A stretch of 34,592 nucleotides of DNA from Candidatus Muiribacteriota bacterium (GCA_051747805.1 JBNJGP010000022.1:1-34592), one strand, 5' to 3'. Shown: positions 9,526-20,072, counted from the stretch's first letter. Notes: generated by a model from the sequence alone, not told the origin. A program made the numbers and translations.

Positions 9526-11304
9526 TTATTTTTTACGAATTCGGATGTTTTCAGGGGTTATTTCAAGGAGTTCATCATCTTTTATATAATCTAAAAGCTG
9601 TTCAAGTGACATTTTAACTTTGGGTGGCAGTTTTTCATAATGATCAGAGCCGGCTGCTCTCATATTAGTCAGTTTTTTTTCCTTGCATAAATTAACTGGA
9701 AGATCATTAGGACGGCAGTTTTCACCCACTACCATTCCTCTATAAACATTTTCTCCCGGAGAAACAAAAAATAGACCTCTATCTTTTAGATTAATCAATG
9801 AATATGCTGAAACTTTACCTGTTTCATGCGAGGTCAGAGCCCCCCTTGGATTTTTTGAAATTTCACCTTTAAAAGGTTCAAACCCCGAAAAAGACTGATT
9901 TAAAATTCCTGTACCTCTTGTAGCTGTAAGAAAAAAATCATGAAATCCAATTAGTCCTCTTGCTGGAATTTTTATTTCTATTCGAGTATTAACTCCATCA
10001 TCAGAATTAAGATAAGTAACCTCTCCTTTTCTAATACTTAACTCTTCTATTATCGCTCCAACATACTGACTTTCAAGGTCAATGACAACTTCTTCAAAAG
10101 CTTCTAAAAGATTTCCAGTTTTATCTTTTTTGAATATTGCCTCTGGTTTAGCAATTTCAAATTCATAATTTTCTCTTCTCATTGTTTCGATAATTATTCC
10201 CAGCTGAAGCGTTCCGCGGCCTGATACTATAAATTCATCTGCATCTTTTCCATCTACAACTTTTATACCAACATTTCCTTTGGCCTCATTATATAACCTT
10301 TCGCGAATTTTTCGGCTTGTAACATATTTCCCCTCTCTCCCGGCAAATGGGGAAGCGTTAGGATAAAAACATATTGATATTGAAGGTTCCTCTACTGCTA
10401 TTCTTTTAACAGGTTCTATATCGGGTGCTGAACTTAAAGTATCTCCTATATCAAATTTGTCATATCCGGCTATTCCTATTAAATCACCAGCCGAAGCAGT
10501 ATGTGCCTCTAACTCATCAAGGCCGTCATACTTAAGTATTTTAACTGTTCTAAAACTTTTTTTGAAATTATTCTCTTTTATTATATGTAAAGTATCATTT
10601 TTATTAATTCTGCCTGATAATATTCTTCCATAGGCGAGCTGACCGACATAATCATTGTAGGCTATATTTGAAATAAGCATTTTGAAATTATCTCCTGAAT
10701 AAATTACAGGAGGTGGCACATGTTTTACAATTAAATCCATTAATTCTTCAACACCGTCCTGATGCACAACCGGGTCTTCAACCGCCCAGCCATCTTTGGC
10801 AGAAGCATATATAATTGGAAAATCAAGTTGTTCATCATCTGCTCCGAGTGCTATAAATAAATCAAATACTTTATCTTCCACATATCTGGGTCTTGCCTGC
10901 GGTCTATCCATTTTATTAATTACAACAATTGGTCTGAGATTATAACTGAGAGCTTTACTCAGCACGAATTTTGTCTGCGGCATGGGACCATCTACAGCAT
11001 CTACAAGCAAAAGCACCCCATCCACCATATTTAAAATTCTTTCAACCTCGCCCCCGAAATCTGAGTGCCCGGGAGTATCCACAATATTAATTATATGATT
11101 TTTATAATTAACCGAGGCGGACTTTGAAAAAATTGTAATCCCTCTTTCTCTTTCAAGGTCATTGGAATCCATAACTCTTTCATCAGGATCATCTTTTTTC
11201 ATTCTAATATTACAATGTTTAAAAAGTGCATCTACAAGTGTTGTTTTTCCATGATCAACATGTGCTATTATTGCTAAATTTCGAATATTATCAGCTTTTT
11301 TCAT
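9526..11304 (-). CDS. typA: Translational GTPase TypA/BipA
   Basis: [58 protein letters not shown]. Confidence 0.97.
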   Translation of the reverse strand: MKKADNIRNLAIIAHVDHGKTTLVDALFKHCNIRMKKDDPDERVMDSNDLERERGITIFSKSASVNYKNHIINIVDTPGHSDFGGEVERILNMVDGVLLLVDAVDGPMPQTKFVLSKALSYNLRPIVVINKMDRPQARPRYVEDKVFDLFIALGADDEQLDFPIIYASAKDGWAVEDPVVHQDGVEELMDLIVKHVPPPVIYSGDNFKMLISNIAYNDYVGQLAYGRILSGRINKNDTLHIIKENNFKKSFRTVKILKYDGLDELEAHTASAGDLIGIAGYDKFDIGDTLSSAPDIEPVKRIAVEEPSISICFYPNASPFAGREGKYVTSRKIRERLYNEAKGNVGIKVVDGKDADEFIVSGRGTLQLGIIIETMRRENYEFEIAKPEAIFKKDKTGNLLEAFEEVVIDLESQYVGAIIEELSIRKGEVTYLNSDDGVNTRIEIKIPARGLIGFHDFFLTATRGTGILNQSFSGFEPFKGEISKNPRGALTSHETGKVSAYSLINLKDRGLFFVSPGENVYRGMVVGENCRPNDLPVNLCKEKKLTNMRAAGSDHYEKLPPKVKMSLEQLLDYIKDDELLEITPENIRIRKK

Positions 11305-11354
11305 ACTTTTTCCTTTTTATTTATAAAATATTGCAGGATAATTTGAAAACTAAA

Positions 11355-12575
11355 TTATTTTTCAATATCCAGCTTCTGTGAAACTATAATACCAAAGGCT
11401 GACATAATTGCAATAGGAATAAATGCAAATGAGTAACTTCCAAAAACATCCATAGCCTGGCCAGAAATTATGCCGCCAATAATTGCACCAATACCATATG
11501 CGCTGTACATGATTCCATACTTTTGCGCATAGTTTTCGCTTCCAAAAAGAGTTGCAGTTGCAGTAGGGGCTATTGCAAGCCAACCACCAAGACAAAGCCA
11601 GAATCCGGTAAACGCAAGAATGTAGGCAATTACAGAACCTTCTTTTGCAAATATCATAGAAAGCGATGAAATTAAAATAATTAAAAATGATACAACAGCA
11701 GCTTTTTTAGGAGTTATTTTATCTGTCAGCCAGCCAAATAAAGGTCGTCCAACACCGTTAAAAATCGCGAATATTCCAACCAAGAATCCTGCTCTTTCGG
11801 GGGTTAATCCAATCATCTGCCTTCCAACTGGACTGGAAATACCAATTGCCATTAACCCTGAAGTTGTTCCAATTGTATAACAGAACCACAGAGCATATGC
11901 TTTTGGAGTTTTTAACATTTCCTTTACAGTAAGAGATCGAATTTTATCTGATTTTTTATTATCATCATTATTAAGTTGAGAGTTCCAGTTTTCAGGAGGA
12001 AATTTCATAGGTAATGATAAAACTATACTTATTATCAAAAAAGCTCCTCCCATTATACCAAAAGTTTTCAGGGGCCCATTAGTAAGAATAAGTCTCGTCG
12101 CAACTGGTGCGGTTATAAACGCGGATAAACCAAACCCTGTAAGGGCAAGTCCTACTGCGAGACCTTTTTTATCTGGAAACCACTTTGCAGCAACTGCAAT
12201 TGGCCCACCATAGCTTATACCAACTCCGGCTCCTGCTATAACCCCATAGGTTAAAGTAATCATCCATATATTAGGTGCATAACTTGCAAGAATCCAGCCA
12301 ACTCCTACAACTAATCCACCACATACCATAACAATTCTTGGACCAAGTTTATCAATCATTTTTCCCGCAAATGGCATTAAGAGGGCAAAAAATGCCAGAA
12401 AAATCATATAAGGCATATTACTTTGAGTAGAAGAAATCCCCCATAACTCTTCTAGAGGACCTTTAAAAACACTATAGGAATAAACCGCGCCCAGACATAT
12501 ATTAATAACCAGGCATAAAATCAAATAAATCCATCTTCCACTAACAGGTTGTAATCCAAAAATTTTTTTAGACAA
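11355..12575 (-). CDS. MFS transporter, oxalate/formate antiporter (OFA) family
   Basis: About 12 TM segments. KWFPDKKGLAVG, FNGVGR.FGWLTDK, FG.ENY...YG. TTG start with AGGAGG RBS. Confidence 0.9.
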   Translation of the reverse strand: MSKKIFGLQPVSGRWIYLILCLVINICLGAVYSYSVFKGPLEELWGISSTQSNMPYMIFLAFFALLMPFAGKMIDKLGPRIVMVCGGLVVGVGWILASYAPNIWMITLTYGVIAGAGVGISYGGPIAVAAKWFPDKKGLAVGLALTGFGLSAFITAPVATRLILTNGPLKTFGIMGGAFLIISIVLSLPMKFPPENWNSQLNNDDNKKSDKIRSLTVKEMLKTPKAYALWFCYTIGTTSGLMAIGISSPVGRQMIGLTPERAGFLVGIFAIFNGVGRPLFGWLTDKITPKKAAVVSFLIILISSLSMIFAKEGSVIAYILAFTGFWLCLGGWLAIAPTATATLFGSENYAQKYGIMYSAYGIGAIIGGIISGQAMDVFGSYSFAFIPIAIMSAFGIIVSQKLDIEK

Positions 12576-12719
12576 AGCTGACCTCCTGTATTTTTTTCTT
12601 TAATGGTTTTTATCATAAAACTAAGTATATTGTCAAAACATTTGACATTCATTTCATTTTATTTTAATATAATTTATATATAAAATATAAACAAATCAGT
12701 TTATAATCAGGGGGATGAT

Positions 12720-13616
12720 TTGCAGATATTTCACTTTGAAGATTTAGTTATTGTATCCGCAGATGAGGTAACAAGATTACTTGATAAACTAGAGGAATTC
12801 CCCACTCTTCCGAATGTTGCAACAAAAATTTTAAAAATGGTCAATTCTCCTGACTTTTCAGTTCAAAAATTATCTGAACTTATAAAAATGGACTCTGCTT
12901 TAACCTCTAAAGTTTTTAAAATCGCAAACTCCGCCTTTTATAAAGGTAACTCCGAAATAAACAATATTGATGAAGCAATTATGCGTCTAGGGGTAAGTCA
13001 GATAAAAAGTATTGTTGTGGGCATTTCAGTAATTAAAAGTTTTAAAGGTTTTCAGCAATTTGACCTTGACGTGGTTGCCTTCTGGAAACACTCACTTTCT
13101 GTTGCGCTTTTAAATAAAACTCTTGGGGAATATTTTGGTTTAAAAAAACCCGATGATACATGGATTGCGGGTATACTTCATGATATTGGTAAATTAATCT
13201 ACTGTCTATACATGCCTACTCTTATGCAGAGAGTGCTTTCAGAGACAAAAGAAAAAAACATTACTTTTTTTGAGGCTGAAAATAATTTGTTAAAATTCAA
13301 TCATTGTAATGTTGGCCGATGGCTCTGTGAAAAATGGGGAATTCCAAAAAGAGTTACTAAGTGTGTTGAACATCACCACACCCCGCCTGCTTCCCGCTTT
13401 ATACTAGGTGATGTTTCCCTGGATATAGGTGTTTGTCATTTAAGCGATAATATTGTAAAAAAAGCAAAAATTGGGAATTCAGGTGATTCTATTCCTAAAA
13501 TAGACAACTCTGTATGGGAATATTTAGATCAGGATAAAATGCGCGGGCCTGAGTTTATGGAAAAAATTAAAAATTTCAAGAAAGAAATGAACGATTTATT
13601 TTCACTTTTTAATTAA
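12720..13616 (+). CDS. HDOD domain signal-transduction protein
   Basis: PTLP, DSALTSKVFKIANSAFY, AIMRLG, FWKHS, AGILHDIGKL, HC.VG..L..KWGIP, HHH.P. Confidence 0.93.
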   Translation: MQIFHFEDLVIVSADEVTRLLDKLEEFPTLPNVATKILKMVNSPDFSVQKLSELIKMDSALTSKVFKIANSAFYKGNSEINNIDEAIMRLGVSQIKSIVVGISVIKSFKGFQQFDLDVVAFWKHSLSVALLNKTLGEYFGLKKPDDTWIAGILHDIGKLIYCLYMPTLMQRVLSETKEKNITFFEAENNLLKFNHCNVGRWLCEKWGIPKRVTKCVEHHHTPPASRFILGDVSLDIGVCHLSDNIVKKAKIGNSGDSIPKIDNSVWEYLDQDKMRGPEFMEKIKNFKKEMNDLFSLFN

Positions 13617-13637
13617 TTATTATTCAACTATTAATTA

Positions 13638-15005
13638 TTATTCAACTGCTCTTTTAGCCGCAAGAACACCAGTAGCAGCTGCACTTACTATATTTCCTGC
13701 TACACCGGCCCCGTCACCAGCTACATAAAGACCGTCTATATCTGTTTGTAGACAATCATTTTGAATCTCAGTGGAAAAAAATTTAATTTCAGGTGCATAA
13801 AGCAGAGTTGAATTAGCGGCGATTCCTGAAACTACATTATCCAGTTTTTGCAGACCTTCAACGAGGTTAGTAACAATTCTTTTAGGCATAGCCATACCAA
13901 GGTCTCCAGGTGTTACATCTTTTAAAGTGGGACTTACATGGCTGTTATTAATTCTCTGCCATGTACTTCTTCTACCTCTTTTCAAGTCACCAAATCTCTG
14001 CAGTATTGGTTTGTTCCCGCCAATCACAGTAGCCAGGTTCCCGATTGCCTTGCCATATCTGAAAGTATCATTAATTGGTTCGGTTAAAGTTACCTTTGAT
14101 AAAAAGGCGAAATTTGTATTATTTGACTTTTTATTTTTTTCAGCATGTCCATTCACACAAATAAAATCCTGATAATTTTCTTTTGCAACAAATCCCCCGC
14201 GGTTTGTACAGAAAGTCCTTACCTGATCATCATAAGTGTCGCCATAAATAAAAAAGGTTGGATCATAAATAATTTCTGTAATTTCATTCATTATTTCATT
14301 AGGTACTTCAACTCTCACACCTATTTCAACCGGTTGATAATCTACATCAAGTCCAATTCTTAAACATTCTTTATAGAGCCATTTTGCTCCAATCCGGCCA
14401 GGTGCTGCTATTACAGTTGGGGCTTTTAATTTTTCTTTTTCTGTTTGAACTCCAGTGGTTTTATTATTTTCAACAGTGATATTTTCAACTCTGGAGTTAA
14501 GAATAAAATCTACTCCTTTCTTTTTTAAATATTCCATCATTTCATTGATATATTCCGGAAGCATATCTGAGCCTAAATGTTTTTGTTTAATAAGCATTAA
14601 ATCTATTCCAGCTTTCATTGCTTTTTCCCGGATTTTCAGGGATTTATCGCGATTCGTTGGGAAAGTCTGGCCATCCATTTTAAATTTTGTGAAAATTTTT
14701 TCAGTATCATCAATTAACTTATCAGCTCGATCTTTAGGAAGAAACTTCGTAAGGTCTGTTTTGCCCAGTTTTGATATAAAATTAAGTTTACCATCTGAAA
14801 AAAGTCCTGCCCCGCCAACACCCGCCATAATATGACATGGATTACAGTTAACACAGGCATTTTCAGATTTAACTGGGCAGTTTCTGTTAAAGGGAGCCCG
14901 TCCCTCATCAATAACAGCAACTTTTAATTTTGAATCTGCAAGTGTATATGCAGAAAAAAGGCCAGCAGGACCTGCTCCAATAATTATAATATCATAAGTA
15001 TTCAT
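13638..15005 (-). CDS. FAD/NAD(P)-dependent oxidoreductase (COG2509-like) with a Cys cluster
   Basis: IIIGAGPAG, CPVKSENACVNCNPC, GGAGLFSDGKL, GVRVE, RTFC, APEIKF, GDGAG. Overlaps the FAD-subunit gene by 14 nt. Confidence 0.88.
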   Translation of the reverse strand: MNTYDIIIIGAGPAGLFSAYTLADSKLKVAVIDEGRAPFNRNCPVKSENACVNCNPCHIMAGVGGAGLFSDGKLNFISKLGKTDLTKFLPKDRADKLIDDTEKIFTKFKMDGQTFPTNRDKSLKIREKAMKAGIDLMLIKQKHLGSDMLPEYINEMMEYLKKKGVDFILNSRVENITVENNKTTGVQTEKEKLKAPTVIAAPGRIGAKWLYKECLRIGLDVDYQPVEIGVRVEVPNEIMNEITEIIYDPTFFIYGDTYDDQVRTFCTNRGGFVAKENYQDFICVNGHAEKNKKSNNTNFAFLSKVTLTEPINDTFRYGKAIGNLATVIGGNKPILQRFGDLKRGRRSTWQRINNSHVSPTLKDVTPGDLGMAMPKRIVTNLVEGLQKLDNVVSGIAANSTLLYAPEIKFFSTEIQNDCLQTDIDGLYVAGDGAGVAGNIVSAAATGVLAAKRAVE

Positions 15006-15837
15006 ACATCCCCTCTATAAATGCATTCCCAACCACCTCTCTTCGATAGTTTACAGTTGAACGTATATCAGAAATTGGTTTAGAAGCTTTTTTAATTAAA
15101 TCTGCACATTTTTTAATATTATTCTCAGAAATTATTTTACCCTTAATAAAATCCTCGGCCTCAAAGCACCTTAATGCGCGGACAGAAACAGCCCCAATTG
15201 CCAGGCGTGCATCTTTAATTATATTTTTTTCAATAAATATAAGAGCTCCAAGAGAACATTTCTGAATAGTCACTTCCTGTCTCTGACCAAATTTTCTATA
15301 AAATTGAATATTTTTTGAATTTATTTTTGGTATTTCAATTTTTTCGATAATTTCTGCACTTTGTAAAACATTTTTGCAGACCCCTTTTGGAAAATCTTTT
15401 ATATCAATAATTTTTTTCAAATTCCCACTGATAATGTGGACTTTGGCCTCAAGCGCCATAAGCATCGGAACTGAATCAGCCACAGGCGAACAATTTCCCA
15501 GATTTCCCCCAATAGTTGCCAGATTCCTTATTTGAAGGGAACCCAGAGTTTGCAGAGCATATACAAATGCAGGAAAATATTTTTTTACAGAATTATTAGA
15601 AGAAATGTCTTCTATAGTTTCTGCCGCACCAATAAAAATAGAATCATCATCTTCATAAATTCCCTTAAGCTCTTTCACCTCTCCTATATATACAACACCT
15701 TCAGTTTTTAAAAAACCTTCTTTTGCCTTAATCATAATATCTGTTCCACCTGCAAAAGGCATATAATTCATCTGGGCATACTTAAAAATATCTTTAATAC
15801 TTTCAGCCCTAGCATATTTTAATTTTTCATTGAGCAT
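14992..15837 (-). CDS. Xanthine dehydrogenase-family FAD-binding subunit
   Basis: AGGTD, QIRNLATIGGNLGNCSPVAD, PISDIRST..YR. Confidence 0.93.
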   Translation of the reverse strand: MLNEKLKYARAESIKDIFKYAQMNYMPFAGGTDIMIKAKEGFLKTEGVVYIGEVKELKGIYEDDDSIFIGAAETIEDISSNNSVKKYFPAFVYALQTLGSLQIRNLATIGGNLGNCSPVADSVPMLMALEAKVHIISGNLKKIIDIKDFPKGVCKNVLQSAEIIEKIEIPKINSKNIQFYRKFGQRQEVTIQKCSLGALIFIEKNIIKDARLAIGAVSVRALRCFEAEDFIKGKIISENNIKKCADLIKKASKPISDIRSTVNYRREVVGNAFIEGMYEYL

Positions 15838-16589
15838 ACAGATTCCCCCATATTTTTCACACTTATTATTTCCCCTAAAATTGAAATAGCTATGTCAAAG
15901 GGCGACTCACCGCCTATTTTAATTCCAACAGGAGCATGTAACTTATTTAAAAATTCTTCTGAAACACCCTGCTCTTTCAGGTTATTTTTCATCACTTTAA
16001 CCTTGTTCTTACTCCCAATACAACCAATATATTTAACTACTGGACCTTTAGAAAGAAGGTTACAAACTTTAGTATCAAAAGAATGTCCATGTGTCAGAAC
16101 TACAACAAAATCCTGCGGGGTTAATTTTTTTTCTATATTATCGTATTCATCAAGAAGTGATACATTATATTTTCTTGAATATTTTTGCACAACCTGTTTT
16201 CTGCTGTCAAAACCAACACAGTTAAAATCCTGTGAATCACAAGCAATTCTTAATATTTCTCTTCCAATATGACCAACCCCGACAACAACAATTCGGGCGG
16301 GATTCGTAAAAGTTTCAATAAAAACTTTAACTTTTCCGCCACAAGTCATATCAACCTGTCCAAGAGAAAGTTCAAATAACGCTGATTTTGACTTTTTTAT
16401 ATACTCAAGGGCTTTTTCGGTACAATTTTTTTCTAATGCCCCGCCACCAACATTTCCGTCAGATGAACCATCTTTGTAAACAATCATTTTCATGCCGACT
16501 TTTGCTGGGGATGAATCATTAGTATCAACAACTGTACATAAGGCAAATTCAATTCCTTCATTCATTAACTTAAAACATTTATTTATCAT
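15819..16589 (-). CDS. xdhC: XdhC/CoxI-family Moco insertion chaperone
   Basis: S.PAKVG.KM, G.VGGGALE, MTCGG, G.GHIG, THGH..D, YIG.IGS..K, APVGIKIGGESP.DIA.SI. Confidence 0.92.
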   Translation of the reverse strand: MINKCFKLMNEGIEFALCTVVDTNDSSPAKVGMKMIVYKDGSSDGNVGGGALEKNCTEKALEYIKKSKSALFELSLGQVDMTCGGKVKVFIETFTNPARIVVVGVGHIGREILRIACDSQDFNCVGFDSRKQVVQKYSRKYNVSLLDEYDNIEKKLTPQDFVVVLTHGHSFDTKVCNLLSKGPVVKYIGCIGSKNKVKVMKNNLKEQGVSEEFLNKLHAPVGIKIGGESPFDIAISILGEIISVKNMGESVCSMKN

Positions 16590-16607
16590 ACTTTTAAAGA
16601 ATCTCCT

Positions 16608-17096
16608 TTAACTTTTAAATTTTGACCCGGAATTATTTTTTCTAGATTTTAGCGCATTATCAATTCCTTTTATAATAAATTCGTAACCTGTACATCTGCA
16701 TAAGTTTCCAGCAATTGCTTTTTTAATTTCTTTTCTGCTGAAATCTCTATCCTGTATGAACAATGAATATGCAGTCATAACCATACCAGGCGTGCAGAAA
16801 CCACATTGTACTGCTCCAGCTTCAACTAATTTTTCCTGGATAATATGCATTTTTTTATTCCTGGATATCCCTTCAACTGTTATAATTTCAGCCCCATCAG
16901 CCACGGGAGCCGGTATAATACAGGAGGTAACTGCCTTATTATTCATTATTAAAGTACATGCCCCGCACTCACCTTTATCACAACCTTTTTTAGTTCCTGT
17001 AAGCCCAAAAATCTCTCTTATCATTCTAAGCAAAGTATAATGGGGCGGCACATCGCAATTAACTTGTTCACCGTTTAACTTAAAATTTATTTTCAT
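16608..17096 (-). CDS. Xanthine dehydrogenase-family 2x[2Fe-2S] subunit
   Basis: GTKKGCDKGECGACT, SC, QCGFCTPG, GNLCRCTGY. AGGAG RBS. Confidence 0.95.
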   Translation of the reverse strand: MKINFKLNGEQVNCDVPPHYTLLRMIREIFGLTGTKKGCDKGECGACTLIMNNKAVTSCIIPAPVADGAEIITVEGISRNKKMHIIQEKLVEAGAVQCGFCTPGMVMTAYSLFIQDRDFSRKEIKKAIAGNLCRCTGYEFIIKGIDNALKSRKNNSGSKFKS

Positions 17097-17106
17097 ATTA
17101 ACTCCT

Positions 17107-17386
17107 TTTTGTATGCTTTGCTATTGTGAGAGCAACTTCGTTGCGAATAGAGCCTCTACGATGCGTTATTAGCAAATGCATAAAAGCTGGACTCCGGCAC
17201 AAAACATAGCCGGAGTGACAATTCATTTTGTTTATCCGCAACTCCCAGGTTGGTCTTTTCGTGAGTATAACGAACTCTCTCTGACAATTTATTGTCCTCT
17301 CACTAAATCTATTTTTGCTTTTAAACCCAAGCAACCCAAGCAACTCAATTAACCTGTCAGCTTTAACTGACTTCACTGCTTCTATC
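17107..17386 (-). repeat. Composite intra-operon repeat/hairpin spacer (REP-like)
   Basis: 9-mer tandem CCAAGCAAC x2 plus TCAATTAAC (17327-17353). Stems ACTCCGGC/GCCGGAGT (17191-17216), GCAAC-TTC-GTTGC (17132-17144), GTCAG/CTGAC (17356-17371) and GACAAT-TT-ATTGTC. Confidence 0.65.
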
Positions 17387-19655
17387 TGTCAGCTTTTGAT
17401 ATTCCATCAAGTATTCTCTCCGCTATAGCTGGAATCCGCTTTATCCTGACCCCAGAGGCATTATAAATTGAATTTGTCAAAGCCGGAGCCATTCCCATAA
17501 GCGGTTGTTCACCAAAACCTTTGGCTCCATAAGGGCCTTTTGAATAATTACTTTCAACAATAACAGGCACAAATTCTGGATAATCGCATGAGGTCGGAAT
17601 TGTATATGTAGAAAAATTATTTGTAAGAAATTTTCCCTGACTGGAAAGCTGCATATTCTCAATTAAACCATAACCAAGCCCCTGAAGTGAGCCTCCCATA
17701 ATCTGGCCACGAACTTCACGGGGATTTATTGCTTTACCAACGTCATGACCACAGGTTGCCTTAATGACTTTTGTTTCTCCAGTTAATTTGTTAACTTCGG
17801 TTTCAACTACATTCATTGCCCATGCATAAGTATAATAAGCCTTTCCCTGTCCGGTTTCATTATCAAAAGTAGCATCAGGCGGAATATTTAATCCAGTTTC
17901 ATGTAGATGAATTTTAGCATCAGTACATAACTTAACTAATTCAAAATAATTAATTTCTTTATCAGCAAACAAAACTTTACGACCTCTAAAATGCAGGTCA
18001 GAGATTTTTATATTATACTTTTTCTCAAGGAACCTTTGAATATTTTTTTTGATTTTATCCAAAGCCGAAAGAACCGCCCAGCCAGCAGTTACAGTTCCTC
18101 GGGAAGCAACAGTTGGACCTGTATCAGCAATTCTTGAAGTATCTATCTGAGACACAACAACATTATCAACATCTATACCCAGAAACTCTGCGACCATCTG
18201 GGCAGTAACAGTTCTAAGACCCTGCCCCATTTCAGTTACTCCAACAGAAGCTGTAACAGAACCATCGGCATCAATTTTAACCATCGAAGCACAACGTGAC
18301 ATATGCTTTCCAGCTGCTCCCAGCCCGACGCCATAATAAAGGGCAGAAGAACCAATTCCTTTTTTTATAAATCCCGATTGTTTATTAAACATTTCATATT
18401 CTTTTTTCCTATTATAATAATCAGATTCTTTAATAACTTTCTCATATACCTCATACATGCCGACAGAATCATTTAAAACATGGCCAGTACAGTTTGTATC
18501 CCCTTCTCTAATTAAATTCTTGCCTCTTATCTCAACAGGATCCATATTTAATTTTTCTGCAAGCATATCAATAGCAGATTCTAAAGCAAAAATAACCTGA
18601 GGAGAACCAAACCCCCTATAAGCTCCATTTGGAGCGGTATTTGTAGCCACAGCATATGAATCAACATGAACATTAGGAGTTTTATAAGGTCCTGGCAGAT
18701 GAATTGTTCCTCTGTATAATACAGCAGGAGTTAATGTAGCATAGGCTCCTGCATTTTCCAGATATTCCCCATAAACATGAACAAAATTCCCCTCTTTATC
18801 TGCTGTAAGACTTATTTTTGTCCTTGCAGGATGTCTTTTAGACATTGTCTGCATATCTTCTTCTCTATCATAAATAATTTTTACCGGTGATCTCAAATGA
18901 TAAGAACAGATTGCAGCCTGAGCACATACAAGTGAGGGCACATCCTCTTTCCCCCCAAAAGCTCCACCTGTAATCTGTTGTATAACTCTCACACGGGAAT
19001 AGGGTATATCAAGCACTTCTGACACAGCACGCTGAACATAAAAAGGTGCCTGCATAGAACCCCTTATAGTTAAAGTATCATCCTCCCAGTAAACAACAGC
19101 AGCCTGAGGTTCAATATACGCATGTTCCTGATGTTGAGTATAAAAAGTATCTTCAACAGTTACATATTTTTCAGAAGAATAATTCTTATTTAACTTTCCT
19201 TTACGAATTTTAAATTTACAGAAAATATTATCATCATTATATAGTTTAATCTCATTATTCATTGACTTTTCATAATCTATAACAGATGGCAACTCTTCAA
19301 TATTAACTTTTATTTTTTCAGCAGCTTCCTCGGCAATTTCGGGGGATTTTGCAGCTATAACTGCAATTGGATGTCCAGGATACATAACTTTTTCATCGGC
19401 CAGAAATGGTTGATCATCGAAAATAACATGAATTAAATTTTTACCCGGAATATCACTGGCTGTAAAAACACCTTTTACTCCCGGAACATTTAACGCATCA
19501 GAAATATCGAGTTTTTTTATATTTCCGTGGGCAACTTTTGAGCGAAATACTTTAACATAAAGCATTCCATGCATATTTATGTCATCTGTATAAAGACATT
19601 TGCCGGTGACTTTTTCTTTGGAATCTATTCTAAGAACCGATTTACCTACAGCCAT
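17382..19655 (-). CDS. Xanthine dehydrogenase-family molybdopterin-binding subunit
   Basis: QEHAYIEP, GGAFGGKE, TMSKRHP, AYRGFGSPQ, EMGQG, ASRGT, GQIMGG..QGLG, GAKGFGE. Confidence 0.96.
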   Translation of the reverse strand: MAVGKSVLRIDSKEKVTGKCLYTDDINMHGMLYVKVFRSKVAHGNIKKLDISDALNVPGVKGVFTASDIPGKNLIHVIFDDQPFLADEKVMYPGHPIAVIAAKSPEIAEEAAEKIKVNIEELPSVIDYEKSMNNEIKLYNDDNIFCKFKIRKGKLNKNYSSEKYVTVEDTFYTQHQEHAYIEPQAAVVYWEDDTLTIRGSMQAPFYVQRAVSEVLDIPYSRVRVIQQITGGAFGGKEDVPSLVCAQAAICSYHLRSPVKIIYDREEDMQTMSKRHPARTKISLTADKEGNFVHVYGEYLENAGAYATLTPAVLYRGTIHLPGPYKTPNVHVDSYAVATNTAPNGAYRGFGSPQVIFALESAIDMLAEKLNMDPVEIRGKNLIREGDTNCTGHVLNDSVGMYEVYEKVIKESDYYNRKKEYEMFNKQSGFIKKGIGSSALYYGVGLGAAGKHMSRCASMVKIDADGSVTASVGVTEMGQGLRTVTAQMVAEFLGIDVDNVVVSQIDTSRIADTGPTVASRGTVTAGWAVLSALDKIKKNIQRFLEKKYNIKISDLHFRGRKVLFADKEINYFELVKLCTDAKIHLHETGLNIPPDATFDNETGQGKAYYTYAWAMNVVETEVNKLTGETKVIKATCGHDVGKAINPREVRGQIMGGSLQGLGYGLIENMQLSSQGKFLTNNFSTYTIPTSCDYPEFVPVIVESNYSKGPYGAKGFGEQPLMGMAPALTNSIYNASGVRIKRIPAIAERILDGISKADR

Positions 19656-19769
19656 TATTCCTCCAAATATATATAAATTTATTTGTTATCAGGGAAACTA
19701 AATTTTTTTTACCATGAGTAATTCTACTTTATTTGTTTAATTTTTTCAAAAATATGATAATATTTTTAT

Positions 19770-20072
19770 ATGTTTACATTTATGTTGGGAATGGGAATAA
19801 TTTTATCAATAATTTTTTCTATATTTCTAATTTTATTTTTTTTTGAAGAAAACAAAGAAAAAAAGGATAAATCTATTGAAAAAAATAGAGATAAGATAAT
19901 AAAGGAAACAACAAGCAAAAAAAAAGAAAACACATTTTTAAGCATAAAAGAGGACCCGTCATTAACTGAAATCGAGAGAAAAAGAAAATTTGAAGAAGCT
20001 GTTAAACAAAAAGCAAAAGAAAACCCAAAAAAAGTTGCCCAGATTTTTAAACAATATATCAATAAAAACTAG
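19770..20072 (+). CDS. Small membrane-anchored protein with a FliF-like C-terminal motif
   Basis: N-terminal TM helix, charged linker, C-terminus AVKQKAKENPKKVAQIFKQYI. Confidence 0.6.
   Translation: MFTFMLGMGIILSIIFSIFLILFFFEENKEKKDKSIEKNRDKIIKETTSKKKENTFLSIKEDPSLTEIERKRKFEEAVKQKAKENPKKVAQIFKQYINKN

Noticed and set aside
17098..17376. HicA toxin call for the 92-aa ORF (N-terminus K..RLIELL..LGF)
   Set aside because: No GSH catalytic motif, no hicB neighbour, and the resemblance arises from the 9-mer DNA repeat.
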